From: Eubacteriales bacterium
GTDB taxonomy: Bacteria > Bacillota > Clostridia > Oscillospirales > CAG-272
NCBI GenBank assembly: GCA_045653805.1
Contig: JAZOMF010000094.1
Coordinates: 7,438-71,437, forward strand
Reading direction: 5' to 3'
Length of the DNA stretch: 64,000 nt
A program made the position numbers and the translations under genes. Shown in pieces: positions 36,020 through 46,423 of this stretch. Every line of letters starts with the position of its first letter. Position 1 is the first letter of the stretch. The notes beneath the pieces were generated by a model. The model made no database searches. It had not been told where the DNA came from and saw only the letters and a list, made by a program, of their open reading frames with translations.

Positions 36020-36826
36020 GTGACAGCAAATGAGATTCGCAATAAATTAAAGTCGTGCGGTATTGAGAATTATGTTCTTGAAACCGAAATACTTATTGAA
36101 GAACTTTGCGACGACTTCTCCGAGGAGACAGACTATTCGTCCGAGGTGCTTGCAGTTGCGGTTGAAAAGCGTTGCGCGCGTTACCCCTTGCAGTATATCA
36201 TTGGCAAATGGTGGCTTGCAAGATGCGAGTTTTTCGTAGATGAAAGCACTCTTGTTCCTAGACCCGACACCGAAACAATAGTAGAGCTGGCGGTAAAGCA
36301 CCTGCCGGAAAACGCCCATTTTGCAGACCTTTGCACGGGTAGCGGATGTATTGCAATATCTATTCTTGACCTGCGCCCCGACACGGTAGCAGATGCATAT
36401 GAGCTTTACCCCAAGACCCTTGAAATGGCGAAGAAGAACGCCGCGCACAACAAGGTGGAGAGGAGATTTACTCCTTTCTTGGGAGACGTTTTGCAAAAGG
36501 AGACCTTGGGCGAGAGAAAATATTCCGCAATAATCTCAAACCCTCCGTATATTCGCACTGAAGTGATAGAAACCCTTGAAATTGAAGCTAAGACCGAGCC
36601 CCGCGCGGCGCTTGACGGCGGAGATGACGGACTTATATTCTATCGCGAAATAGTAAATAACTATGCCGAAAATCTTGAATACGGAGGTTTTTTCCTCTTC
36701 GAAATAGGCTTTGACCAAGCAGACGACCTTAGACGAATTGCCGACCTTGGAGGATTTGACTGCAAGATATTCAAGGACTTCGGCGGATGCGACAGAGCGG
36801 CTTTGCTTTGCAAAAAAGAGAATTGA
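36020..36826 (+). CDS. prmC: Release factor glutamine methyltransferase
   Basis: YPLQYIIG, LVPRPDTE, DLCTGSGCIA, SNPPYI, ALDGGDDGL, FEIG. Confidence 0.96.
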   Translation: MTANEIRNKLKSCGIENYVLETEILIEELCDDFSEETDYSSEVLAVAVEKRCARYPLQYIIGKWWLARCEFFVDESTLVPRPDTETIVELAVKHLPENAHFADLCTGSGCIAISILDLRPDTVADAYELYPKTLEMAKKNAAHNKVERRFTPFLGDVLQKETLGERKYSAIISNPPYIRTEVIETLEIEAKTEPRAALDGGDDGLIFYREIVNNYAENLEYGGFFLFEIGFDQADDLRRIADLGGFDCKIFKDFGGCDRAALLCKKEN

Positions 36827-36866
36827 CCTGCATATATTGGTAAAAAACACAAACGGAGAAAAATAG

Positions 36867-37901
36867 ATGAACATAGCAGTTTTGGCGGGCGGGTATTCCC
36901 CCGAAAGAGACGTATCCCTAACTTCCGGCTCACTTATTGCCAACGCCCTCATTGGTGAAGGACATAGCGTGTGCTTAGCAGACGTTTACCTTGGCATCAA
37001 GGACGAGGATCTTAATGAAAAGACACCCTTTAACCGTGAGCTGAAGCCAGTCTATAAGGTTGAGCACAACGTTCCCGACCTTGCAGCTCTCAAAGAGCAG
37101 AGCGGCAACGGTGAGGCGCTCATCGGCCGCGGAATAATCGAGCTTTGCCGCGCGGCAGATGTTGTTTTCTTGGCGCTCCACGGCGCTATGGGCGAAAACG
37201 GTCAGCTTCAGGCAACTCTTGATAACTACGGCATCAAATATACTGGCTCAGGCTACGTCGGCAGCCTTTTAGCGATGGATAAGGATATTTCCAAGAAGAT
37301 GTTCGTGGGCGCGGGCGTGAGAACTCCAAAGTGGCTCTATTTTAAGGCGCAGGATGGCGATATTGCTCTCATTGAGGAGAAGATCGGATATCCTTGTGTT
37401 GTTAAGCCATGTTCATGCGGCTCCAGTGTTGGAATTTCCATTGTTGACGACAGAGCGGGACTTGAAATTGCCCTTGCAGAGGCAGAGAAATACGAGGATA
37501 GCATTCTCGTTGAGAAAAAGATAGATGGAAGAGAGCTTACCGTGGGTATCCTTGACGGCGAGGTACTTCCTGCTATTGAGATAATCCCCACCGAGGGCTT
37601 CTACGATTATAAAAACAAGTATCAGGCGGGAAAGACCATTGAGATCTGCCCCGCGCCTATCTCGGATGAGATAAAATCTGCCCTTGAAGAGCAGACTCGC
37701 AAAGCATTTGAGGCGCTTCGTCTCTCGGGATATTCGAGATTTGACTACATAGTAGACGTAAATGGCGACCCTTGGTGTCTTGAAGCAAACACACTCCCCG
37801 GAATGACCCCCACAAGTCTCCTGCCCCAGATGGCTCAGGCTACGGGTATGACATACGGTGCTCTTTGCTCAAAGATAGTTGAATTAGCATTGAAAAAGTA
37901 A
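36867..37901 (+). CDS. ddl: D-alanine--D-alanine ligase
   Basis: GGYSPERDVS, LHGAMGENG, GSSVGI, FYDYKNKY, EANTLPGMT. Confidence 0.96.
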   Translation: MNIAVLAGGYSPERDVSLTSGSLIANALIGEGHSVCLADVYLGIKDEDLNEKTPFNRELKPVYKVEHNVPDLAALKEQSGNGEALIGRGIIELCRAADVVFLALHGAMGENGQLQATLDNYGIKYTGSGYVGSLLAMDKDISKKMFVGAGVRTPKWLYFKAQDGDIALIEEKIGYPCVVKPCSCGSSVGISIVDDRAGLEIALAEAEKYEDSILVEKKIDGRELTVGILDGEVLPAIEIIPTEGFYDYKNKYQAGKTIEICPAPISDEIKSALEEQTRKAFEALRLSGYSRFDYIVDVNGDPWCLEANTLPGMTPTSLLPQMAQATGMTYGALCSKIVELALKK

Positions 37902-37952
37902 AATTACGCGGTTTAGTCGGTTGAATTTTTGTGTTTGAATGCATAAAAGTCA

Positions 37953-37981
37953 TTGACAAAGACCGCGTTTTATTATATAAT
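37953..37981 (+). promoter_or_regulatory. Consensus sigma-A promoter of the glycoside hydrolase
   Basis: TTGACA, 17 bp, TATAAT. Confidence 0.8.
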
Positions 37982-38054
37982 TAATTGAATGGCAAATTTC
38001 GGAAAAACTTTGCCCTTAAAGGAAAAACAACCCCGAGAAAAGGAGTTTGAAATT

Positions 38055-40796
38055 ATGGATTTTAAGAACATCGACAAAAAATACCGTCCTGTGCCATTTT
38101 GGTCGTGGAACGAAAAGCTGAATGTTCCCGAGTCTCTCCGCCAGACCGCACTTATGGACGAGGTTGGTATCGGTGGCTACTTCATGCACGCTCGCGGCGG
38201 TCTTCAAACCGAGTATATGGGTGAGGAGTGGTTCGAAAACATCGGCGCTTGTATCGAGGAGTGCAACAAGAGAGGTATGCACGCTTGGGCATACGATGAA
38301 AACGGTTGGCCATCCGGCTTTGGTGGCGGCAAGGTCAATGGCAAGGGTGAGAAGTACTGGCAGAAGTATCTCCGCGTTATGCCTGCAGACGGTGACAAGA
38401 GCAATATCGAGCCTCATCGCATTATCTGCACCACCGGAGAATATACCTTCTATTACGATGTTAACCCTTTCTACGTTGATACTCTCGACGCAGAGGTTAT
38501 ACTTGACTTTATCAACGAAATATACGAGCCATATTATGAGAAGTACGGCTCCACCTTCGACGGATTTTTCACCGACGAGCCCCAGATCTCCAGAAACGGT
38601 ATTCCATGGAGCCTGACCTTTATTGACAAGTATCGCGAAAAGTACGGCGAGGATATTTGCGCTGTTCTTCCTTCGCTTTTCTTTGAGGTTGGAGATTTCC
38701 GGACCGTAAGAATCAAGTTCTGGAAGATGGTTACCGATCTTTTCTCGGCAAACTTTATGAAGCAGATATTCGATTGGTGTAATGCTCACAATCTTAAGTT
38801 CACCGGTCACTTGGTGCTTGAGGAGACCCTTATGGTTCAGCTTATCACCAACGGTGCTTGCATGCCTCACTATGAGTATCTTACTATTCCGGGTATGGAC
38901 TGGCTCGGCAGAAACATCTTCCCCTGCCTCACTCACCATCAGGTAGGCTCTGCCGCGGCGCAGGTCGGCAGACGTCAGGTGCTTTCCGAGACCTTTGCGC
39001 TCTGCGGACACAACGTAGGTCACGACGAGCTTAAGAGAAACTACGAATGGATGATGGTGCGCGGTATCAACCTTATGTGCCAGCACCTTGAGGGATATTC
39101 CAACAGAGGTATTCGTAAGAGAGACTATCCTCCGGCAATGTACATCCAGCAGCCTTGGTGGGCAGACTACAAGGTGTTCAACGATGCTATGAGCCGCGTT
39201 GGTATGCTACTTGCAGAGGGTGAGATCAAGTTCGACACCCTGCTTATGCACAATATGACATCCGCTTGGGTTACCTACAACAACGGAAATAACACTCTTC
39301 CCGACGGCAAGGATATCACATACTATAACACCTCTCTTATCAACGCTACCCCCGCTCTTGAGGCGAAGCACATTCCTTTCCACTTGGGCGACGAGACCCT
39401 TATGGAGAGACACGGACGCGTTGAGGGCAATAAGCTTATTATCGGTGAGCAGACCTATACCACCGTTGTTCTCCCCGAGTATATCTGCTTTATGGAGAAC
39501 ACCCAGAAGCTTCTTGACGAGTTCCGCGCTAACGGCGGTAAGATCGTAACCGACGTCTCCACTCTTGAAGCTAACCCAATTATCGACAATGAGAAGATCA
39601 CCTTCACTTGGCGTGACTTTGGTGACTTCAAGATGTACTATTTTGTAAACTCCAACAATAGCACCGAGCAGGCGACCATCACCAAGGGTAGCTATGCTAT
39701 CGACATCGCAACCGGTGAAAAGGTTGAATTCTGTGGCGAATATACTTTCCCAGCATACGGAAGCCTTGTTGTTATCGACGACGGCACTCCCGCAAGAGCA
39801 AAGAAGGCAGAGAAGAACCTCACCGCACTTGACATCAGCGGCAAGTGGGCAGTTGAAAACGCAACATTTAACTCCGTAACTCTTGACAAGTGCGACTACT
39901 GGTTCGACGGCGAGCTTCAGGAGGAGAACGGATACGTGCTTAACGTCGTGCCCAGAACCACCGAGCTTCACCGTCCTGTAAATGTTCGTTGCGCGTTTAA
40001 GGTTGACCTTGAGTATGTTTCCGACAAGCTCTTCGTCGCAGTTGAAACTCCCGAGATCTTTACCGTTAAGGTAAACGGTGTGGAGATCGACAAGACCGAT
40101 TGCGGATTCTTCCGCGATGCCTCCTTCCGTATGCTTGACATCCAGAAGTATGCAAAGGTTGGCAAAAACGTAATCGAGCTTATCTCTCTCATTACTCAGT
40201 CCGAAGAGGTTTATGAGAACATTGAAAAGAGCAAGAAGTTTGAGTCTGAAAAGAACAAGCTTACGTATGATATGGAGATCGAGGCTATGTACCTCGTAGG
40301 CGACTTTGCAGTTAAGGCAGACGGCGTATTTGAGCCTATCGAAAACAACGCATACTTCTTCGACGGTAAGTTTACTGTGGTTAAGCCTGCCGATGAGATA
40401 GAGCTTAAGAACCTTGAGCAGAACGGATATTCTTTCTTTGCAGGCGAGCTTTGTGTTTCCAAGAAGTTTACCTTGGATAGCACCGATTACAAGCTTTCCT
40501 TCGTAAAGAACGGGTTTAATGCTCTGCGTGTAAAGGTTAACGGCAAGTACGTTTGCACCTCTATGTGGGCACCCTACGATGTCGACCTCTCCGAGTATCT
40601 CACCGTTGGCGAGAACACCGTTGAGCTGACTATCGTAAATAACCTCCGTAATCTCCTCGGTCCTCACCACCACATCCGTGGCGAGCTCTTGTCGGTCAGC
40701 CCCTCCTCCTTCTATAAGGAGCGTTGCATCTGGAATAGCTTCCGCACCGACTACTTCACCGAGAAGTATAGCTTCGTTAATACCGGCTTGATTTAA
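38055..40796 (+). CDS. Large glycoside hydrolase, GH106/GH2-like (alpha-L-rhamnosidase-like)
   Basis: YRPVPFWSWN, YFMHARGGL, YDENGWPSG, FFTDEP, SETFAL; no signal peptide; substrate uncertain. Confidence 0.8.
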   Translation: MDFKNIDKKYRPVPFWSWNEKLNVPESLRQTALMDEVGIGGYFMHARGGLQTEYMGEEWFENIGACIEECNKRGMHAWAYDENGWPSGFGGGKVNGKGEKYWQKYLRVMPADGDKSNIEPHRIICTTGEYTFYYDVNPFYVDTLDAEVILDFINEIYEPYYEKYGSTFDGFFTDEPQISRNGIPWSLTFIDKYREKYGEDICAVLPSLFFEVGDFRTVRIKFWKMVTDLFSANFMKQIFDWCNAHNLKFTGHLVLEETLMVQLITNGACMPHYEYLTIPGMDWLGRNIFPCLTHHQVGSAAAQVGRRQVLSETFALCGHNVGHDELKRNYEWMMVRGINLMCQHLEGYSNRGIRKRDYPPAMYIQQPWWADYKVFNDAMSRVGMLLAEGEIKFDTLLMHNMTSAWVTYNNGNNTLPDGKDITYYNTSLINATPALEAKHIPFHLGDETLMERHGRVEGNKLIIGEQTYTTVVLPEYICFMENTQKLLDEFRANGGKIVTDVSTLEANPIIDNEKITFTWRDFGDFKMYYFVNSNNSTEQATITKGSYAIDIATGEKVEFCGEYTFPAYGSLVVIDDGTPARAKKAEKNLTALDISGKWAVENATFNSVTLDKCDYWFDGELQEENGYVLNVVPRTTELHRPVNVRCAFKVDLEYVSDKLFVAVETPEIFTVKVNGVEIDKTDCGFFRDASFRMLDIQKYAKVGKNVIELISLITQSEEVYENIEKSKKFESEKNKLTYDMEIEAMYLVGDFAVKADGVFEPIENNAYFFDGKFTVVKPADEIELKNLEQNGYSFFAGELCVSKKFTLDSTDYKLSFVKNGFNALRVKVNGKYVCTSMWAPYDVDLSEYLTVGENTVELTIVNNLRNLLGPHHHIRGELLSVSPSSFYKERCIWNSFRTDYFTEKYSFVNTGLI

Positions 40797-40811
40797 TTTA
40801 ATAATGTAATA

Positions 40812-40887
40812 TGCGGGGGAAGGAAACCATTTTTGAAAAATTGGTTTCCTTCTCCCGCACCCCCTTCTTTCCAAAAAACTTTCAAAA
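40812..40887 (-). repeat. Dispersed hairpin element, copy B
   Basis: Same two 16-bp boxes as 28389-28471, with a different 18-bp stem. Confidence 0.8.
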
Positions 40888-40912
40888 GGGAAGAGGGGGA
40901 TAGGCAATATTA

Positions 40913-40947
40913 TAGCCCTCACGAGGTAAATTCGCTCGTGAGGGCTA
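40913..40947. terminator. Terminator of the HAD gene
   Basis: TAGCCCTCACGAG / CTCGTGAGGGCTA. Confidence 0.75.
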
Positions 40948-40957
40948 AAATTTTTAG

Positions 40958-41815
40958 TTATTTATTGCTCTTATATTTCGAAAGCTGGTTTTTTTCCTTG
41001 GTGCTGAGCTTTTCAAGCACCGCCATATTTTCGATCATCAATTCCACGATGTTTTCAAGGGCTGAATCGGGAGAATAGTCTGCGGCACAGACGTAGTTGA
41101 TTCGCTCGTCGTCTACAAGGGGCTTAACGGTCTCGCTATTGCCGGGGGCGTAGAGTGCGATGGACTTACCTCCGCGCTCCTTAACCAGCTTCATACAGGG
41201 AATATCGGTCATTCCGTCACCGATATAGATCATATTTCTATATGCTATACGGCGCAGGCTTTCGTCCTGAACTCGGTTGAGGTTGTAATCGTCGGTTACG
41301 TCCAACGTGCCTTTGGATATACGATAGATATACTGTGTTTTGAGAGTGTAGTTGATGGCGAGAGCGGGCCAGATAGCCTCGCCCTGCTCGTTATACATAT
41401 ATCTGCAGGCGTAGATGCGCTTGAAATATTTTGCAATGGGAGTACCCTGAATTATCTCGTACGTGCCTGAGGAAATGATATAATGCTCGATATTGACACC
41501 GAGAGACTCGCCGTAGGCGTTGATTCTGTCAAACCAAGTGAGAACACCATCAAAAAATACTACATTTTTAGCGCAGCTTTTAAGATATTCCTCGGTCAAG
41601 GGAATTCCTCTTTCCTTGCAGGTCTTGATCATTACGAACATATAGGAAAGTATCTTTTCAACCTCGTTGGTTTTGGAAACGTGAGCCGCCTCGCCCCAGA
41701 ATTCATCGGGAGTCATATTGAGCTTTTTTATAAAGTCATATTCCTGCATATCGGTGGTGCAGAGAGTTTTATCAAAATCGTAGAGAATAGCTATTGTAGG
41801 CCTTGACATGGTCAT
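40958..41815 (-). CDS. HAD-superfamily hydrolase
   Basis: YDFDKTL, IISSG, K, YIGDGMTDIPCM. Confidence 0.9.
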   Translation of the reverse strand: MTMSRPTIAILYDFDKTLCTTDMQEYDFIKKLNMTPDEFWGEAAHVSKTNEVEKILSYMFVMIKTCKERGIPLTEEYLKSCAKNVVFFDGVLTWFDRINAYGESLGVNIEHYIISSGTYEIIQGTPIAKYFKRIYACRYMYNEQGEAIWPALAINYTLKTQYIYRISKGTLDVTDDYNLNRVQDESLRRIAYRNMIYIGDGMTDIPCMKLVKERGGKSIALYAPGNSETVKPLVDDERINYVCAADYSPDSALENIVELMIENMAVLEKLSTKEKNQLSKYKSNK

Positions 41816-41958
41816 TAATCCTTTCTTTAAGCTTTACGATTATATTATACCATATAATCTCCCGCGTAGTCAAGAGGGAAACGAGATAAGCAAGGTGTAT
41901 ATTTGAATGAAAATAAAACCACCGCCGCATCCAACGTAGGGTGCAGCGGAGAGAAAAA

Positions 41959-42750
41959 TCAATACAGTTTGTATTTAAGTCTGAGATTATCAGCGATCAT
42001 TGCAATGAATTCCGAATTTGTGGGCTTTCCTCTATTATTTTGAATTGTATAGCCAAAATAACTATTAAGCGTATCCACGTCGCCTCTGTCCCACGCGACC
42101 TCGATTGCGTGGCGGATGGCACGCTCGACGCGGCTTGTGGTTGTTTGATATTTCTTTGCAACCGAGGGGTAGAGCACTTTGGTGACCGAATTTATAACGT
42201 CAGAATCTTTAACGGTCAGGAGAATTGCGGTGCGGAGATACTGGTAGCCCTTGATGTGCGCGGGCACGCCTATCTGGTGGATGATTCTGGTGACCTGCGC
42301 CTCGATGTCGGGGATGTTGTCGGGCTGGTTGCTCTTTTCGGGCTGTACTGCCTCATTTTTTTGCTTGCGGTTTTTCAGCATGCTGTCCACGTATTCGATG
42401 AGATTGGACTGATTAATGGGCTTGATGAGGCAGAGCTCTGCACCCGCCTGAAGAGCCTGAACGAAAATGTTTTGATTGGAGATGGGCGAGGTCATTATAA
42501 TAACAGGCGGCTTATCGTTGCCGTAGGACAGGGCTTTTGCGCTTCTTACCACGCTGAGACCGTCCACCTTGGACATCCAGATGTCGATTATCACCACGTC
42601 GGGGTGAATTCTTCCGATCTTGGCAAGCGCGTCCTCGCCGTTGACTGCTTCTTCTATATATCTGCATCCCACGCGCAAAAAGCAGTCCTTTATAAGTGCG
42701 CGCTGGGACGAATTTTCGTCTGCTATAAGTATTTTTGTTGTGTATTCCAC
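41959..42750 (-). CDS. spo0A: Sporulation master regulator Spo0A
   Basis: Receiver domain plus [40 protein letters not shown]. Confidence 0.98.
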   Translation of the reverse strand: MEYTTKILIADENSSQRALIKDCFLRVGCRYIEEAVNGEDALAKIGRIHPDVVIIDIWMSKVDGLSVVRSAKALSYGNDKPPVIIMTSPISNQNIFVQALQAGAELCLIKPINQSNLIEYVDSMLKNRKQKNEAVQPEKSNQPDNIPDIEAQVTRIIHQIGVPAHIKGYQYLRTAILLTVKDSDVINSVTKVLYPSVAKKYQTTTSRVERAIRHAIEVAWDRGDVDTLNSYFGYTIQNNRGKPTNSEFIAMIADNLRLKYKLY

Positions 42751-42919
42751 TTTCGTGTATCCTCCCTAAAGATATATTTTATTGATTACGGTTATATTTT
42801 ACCATAAATTGGAAATTTTTGCAATACTATTTCCAAAAATTTCCAATGGTGAAAATTACCAAAATTTTCCATTGGATTTTAGGTTTTATAACGAAAAAGT
42901 AGAGAGGCTTGTAAAAACG

Positions 42920-42926
42920 TGTCGAA
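42920..42926. promoter_or_regulatory. 0A box upstream of spo0A
   Basis: TGTCGAA, matching the TGNCGAA consensus; only 7 bp, so a chance match is possible. Confidence 0.5.
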
Positions 42927-42988
42927 TTTATCAAAAATCGGCAAGAATATGAGAAAAAAGGGAGCGAAAGCTCCCTTGGTGATTTAAT

Positions 42989-43723
42989 TTAACATTTTTT
43001 GAGATATTCGATCTCATTTTCGGTCAATTTTCGCCATTTTCCTTCTGCGAGATCAGAGAGCTTCAGCTTGCCGATAGCCACTCTCTGCAAGCGGAGGATT
43101 CGTACTCCGTGAAGCTCGCACATGCGGCGTATCTGGCGGTTTCTGCCCTCAAAAAGCTCAAATTCCGCAACGGTGGTGTTTTCATCGCCGCCTACGGCGC
43201 GCACTCTCACGCGCATTGTGAGTCTGCCGTCAAGGTCAACGGGCTCGCCTAAGGTGGCAAGGCTCTCGGGCTCGAATTTGCCCTTTAGAGTGACGTGATA
43301 TATTTTAGGGATAGAATGCCTTGGCTGTGTCAGCTTGTTGGCAAGAGCACCGTCATGGGTAAGTAGAAGCAGTCCGTCCGAGTCCATATCAAGTCTGCCA
43401 ACGGGATAGAGGCGGACAGGCTTACCGTCCTCCCCCTTAACGTCGCGGCAGAGGTCGGTAACGTTTTTACGCCCCTTTTCGTCGCTTGCGGTGCAAACGA
43501 TACCGCGAGGCTTATTGAGCATAATGCATATTTTTTTGTCGCCGCCTGCCCTGATGACCTTGCCCTTCCAGGTTACCTCGTCTTTTTCGGGGTCTATCTT
43601 CTCGCCAAGCTCGGCTACGTGTCCGTTGACCGATACCTTGCCAAGTCTTATTTCTTCCTCGGCGGCACGGCGCGACATTACGCCGCAATCGGTGAAATAT
43701 TTTGAAATTCTGATTTTTTCCAT
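42989..43723 (-). CDS. rluB: RsuA/RluB-family rRNA pseudouridine synthase
   Basis: S4 domain SRRAAEE, LNKPRG, PVGRLDMDSDGLL, EGRNRQIRRM; neighbourhood typical of rluB. Confidence 0.88.
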   Translation of the reverse strand: MEKIRISKYFTDCGVMSRRAAEEEIRLGKVSVNGHVAELGEKIDPEKDEVTWKGKVIRAGGDKKICIMLNKPRGIVCTASDEKGRKNVTDLCRDVKGEDGKPVRLYPVGRLDMDSDGLLLLTHDGALANKLTQPRHSIPKIYHVTLKGKFEPESLATLGEPVDLDGRLTMRVRVRAVGGDENTTVAEFELFEGRNRQIRRMCELHGVRILRLQRVAIGKLKLSDLAEGKWRKLTENEIEYLKKC

Positions 43724-43754
43724 TTCCTTATCCTTTAAATTGGATTGAGTAGGT

Positions 43755-44969
43755 TTATTTCTTGAATGGGGAAGTTATCCTTTCCCACAGTGAATTCTTG
43801 TTTTTTATCTTGTTGACCGAATAACTTGCCACAAGAGAAGTAGAGGCTATTTCCTTGCCGTCTAGCAGATATACCGCCCGACCCAGCACCGCTCCCTCGC
43901 AAACGGGGGCGTATTCGAATTGACGGGTCTCTATTCGGCACTCGACCTTTGATGCACCTTTGGGCAGAGTTACTCTTATTTCGTTTGTGTTTGTCAGTGT
44001 TACGTAGTCGCTCTTGCCACCCACTACGGGTAAGACCTGCCGCATCTCGTCTTTTGCACAAAGCACTCGGGATTCGTAATTGGAAAAACCGTAGTCCAAA
44101 AGAGAAGTGTGGTCGCGCCAATCGTCGGGAGCGGATAGAGTTACACAAATGAGGGTAAGTCCGTCGCGCTCTGCGGCACTGACCAAGCATCTGCCGCTTT
44201 TCTTGGTGTATCCCGTCTTTATTCCAATGGCCCCATTATAGCTTTTGAGGAGTCTGTTGTGATTGATCAGGAGACGAACTCCCTCGGTGTCATTTAAGGG
44301 GATAGTTTTCTTTTTAGTTGACGCTATTTCTCGAAGCTTTGGATTTTTCATAGCATGTGAGGCTATGATTGCAAGCTCTCGCGCCGTGGTGTAGTGTTGC
44401 TCACTATCAAGCCCGTGCGGATTTTCAAAATGAGTGTTTTCAAGTCCCAGCTCTGCAGCTTTTTCGTTCATAAGAGCCGCAAAGCCCTCTATACTTCCTC
44501 CGATGTGTATTGCCACGGCGGTTGCCGCATCGTTAGCAGACTCCAAAAGCACAGCGTAGAGCAACTGCTCAAGTGTCAGCCGCTCGCCCTCGTAAAGGTA
44601 GATAGAGGAGCCCTCCACTCCCACCGCCTCGCGTGGGATAGTTACCTCTTCGGTAAGGTCGCCTTCTTCAATGGCAACGAGAGCTGTCATTATTTTGGTG
44701 GTGGATGCCATTGGTAATCTTTCGTCGGGATTTTTTGAGCATAGGAGCTCTCCGCTGCTGCCATCCATAAGCACCGCGGATTTCGCCGAAACAGAGGGCA
44801 TTACCGAATCCGACAATACCTGAAAGGCGTGTGCTTGCGCAATGCTTTTTGGGGGTGAGCCCTCTCCATTGATACTGCACGACGTAAATTGCCAGCAATA
44901 CAACAATAAAGCCGTCGAGAGTATCGCGGCTTTAACAAATACACCTTTATACCTTGCAAAAATTGACAT
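43755..44969 (-). CDS. D-alanyl-D-alanine carboxypeptidase (DacB/DacF type)
   Basis: ASTTKIMT, SAN, NPHGLD, KTGYT. Confidence 0.94.
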   Translation of the reverse strand: MSIFARYKGVFVKAAILSTALLLYCWQFTSCSINGEGSPPKSIAQAHAFQVLSDSVMPSVSAKSAVLMDGSSGELLCSKNPDERLPMASTTKIMTALVAIEEGDLTEEVTIPREAVGVEGSSIYLYEGERLTLEQLLYAVLLESANDAATAVAIHIGGSIEGFAALMNEKAAELGLENTHFENPHGLDSEQHYTTARELAIIASHAMKNPKLREIASTKKKTIPLNDTEGVRLLINHNRLLKSYNGAIGIKTGYTKKSGRCLVSAAERDGLTLICVTLSAPDDWRDHTSLLDYGFSNYESRVLCAKDEMRQVLPVVGGKSDYVTLTNTNEIRVTLPKGASKVECRIETRQFEYAPVCEGAVLGRAVYLLDGKEIASTSLVASYSVNKIKNKNSLWERITSPFKK

Positions 44970-45040
44970 AACTATTCCTCCGGACAAGTGAGCCTGTTGC
45001 ATTATATTTGTCCGGAGAAATATTTATTCTGATTTTAATA

Positions 45041-45451
45041 TTATTCCTCGTCTTCCTTAACGAAAAGTGCCTTGATCTTGGCGATGATCTCGGGGCTGCG
45101 GTCAATAATATCGGAGATCTGCTCCAAGGGATCGGAGGGGGCTTTAACGCCTATGTTGATGAGCTCAACGTCGCCGTTCTTGCTTACAGCGAGAATACCG
45201 ATAGGCTGAACCGAGATTCCTGTTCCTCCGCCTGCACCGAAGTTCTGGGGCTTATCCTTTGAGCCACCCGTTCTGTCGTTGAAGTCTACTCCGCCGGTTG
45301 CAAATCCTGCCGCAACCTTGGAGATGGGAATAAGAGTAGTGCCCGATGCGGTTTCAACGGGAGTACCCATAACTGTGTCAGCGTCGATCATATTTCTGAT
45401 CTGAGCCAGCGTGCACTGTACTACTTCTTGAAGCTTGTTTTCGGATGCCAT
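45041..45451 (-). CDS. ytfJ: GerW/YtfJ family sporulation protein
   Basis: TVMGTPV, IPISKVAAGFATGG, FGAGGGTGISVQP. Confidence 0.92.
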   Translation of the reverse strand: MASENKLQEVVQCTLAQIRNMIDADTVMGTPVETASGTTLIPISKVAAGFATGGVDFNDRTGGSKDKPQNFGAGGGTGISVQPIGILAVSKNGDVELINIGVKAPSDPLEQISDIIDRSPEIIAKIKALFVKEDEE

Positions 45452-45524
45452 AATTGTAAATTCCTTTCATTATATATAAGGTTTATTGATATATGCATAA
45501 GTTCCGCCTGTGCGGCAATATGGT

Positions 45525-46391
45525 CTAATTTGTTTTAGGTTGACCGGTAGCCGATTTTTGTACGGCTTGGGCAACCTTATCTTCCACGGCGGAGGGCTGG
45601 ATTTTATTCCAACCGACGTATCCGGGGATCGCCGTTTTGATAACGGTCCAGATGAATGAGGCAACACTCATTGAGAATGCCAGCTGAATGTCATATTTTA
45701 TCTCCTCGGAGAGAAAATCGGGATAAACGCAGATGTCAGCGTTTCTTGAAGTGTGAAGATTTGAATGTCTGTCGATAGCGTAGAGCAGAGGCTCGATGGC
45801 GCCTCCAATCAGTGTGGTGAGCAGAGCGGTCTTTGCCGCATCGTCAGTTCCTACCGCGATTCGCACCTTGACTATATGGAAATGGAATCGACCGAAAAAT
45901 GAGGTAAAAAAGGTTTCAAGGATTGTTACGAGCAGGTCTGCAGAGTCGTCGATAGCAGGCCATTTTGCCAACTTTTCTCGGAGCTGTGCTCGCTTTTCCT
46001 TGGGAGTGAGCTTGTTGCCCATAGCCTTTTTCTTGCGCCTTTTTGCGGATTTCTCGGCTCGCTTTTTAGCCTTTTCCTCGGCTTTTTTTCTTGCCTTTTC
46101 AGCCGCTTTGCGGTCGCGCTCGGCAATTTTTTCGGGAGTGTAATCGCTTATCTTGTATTTTTTCTTCTTTTTGGGAAGGAGTGTGTATTTTATGCCAAGG
46201 AAGGATACCCAAAGTCGAAATTCATCCTTGAATTCTATGCCGACCTTGATTCTTACCACAAAAATCAGGATGGGAAGGATAACGATCGCTGCCAAAATTG
46301 CGATGATCGCTGCCACAATGCACCCGACGATTATTGCCGCTATAGCCAAAGCTGTATAAAGGATTATGGTATTAGGCTCCGTATCGTTCAC
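45525..46391 (-). CDS. DUF2953 (YtfI-like) membrane protein
   Basis: N-terminal TM, Lys/Ala-rich linker, GTDDAAKTAL, YPDF; adjacent to ytfJ. Confidence 0.8.
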   Translation of the reverse strand: MNDTEPNTIILYTALAIAAIIVGCIVAAIIAILAAIVILPILIFVVRIKVGIEFKDEFRLWVSFLGIKYTLLPKKKKKYKISDYTPEKIAERDRKAAEKARKKAEEKAKKRAEKSAKRRKKKAMGNKLTPKEKRAQLREKLAKWPAIDDSADLLVTILETFFTSFFGRFHFHIVKVRIAVGTDDAAKTALLTTLIGGAIEPLLYAIDRHSNLHTSRNADICVYPDFLSEEIKYDIQLAFSMSVASFIWTVIKTAIPGYVGWNKIQPSAVEDKVAQAVQKSATGQPKTN

Positions 46392-46423
46392 TCCTTTCCT
46401 TGATATTTGATTTTAAGAAAATG

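Noticed and set aside
36867-37901. ddl as a vancomycin-resistance (D-Ala-D-Lac) ligase
   Set aside because: The omega loop reads FYDYKNKY with Tyr, typical of D-Ala-D-Ala ligases, and no van cluster genes are nearby.
41959-42750. Spo0A receiver domain as degenerate (ADEN, DIWMS)
   Set aside because: The acidic pocket, phospho-acceptor Asp, switch Thr/Ser and Lys-Pro are retained; the differences look like ordinary divergence.
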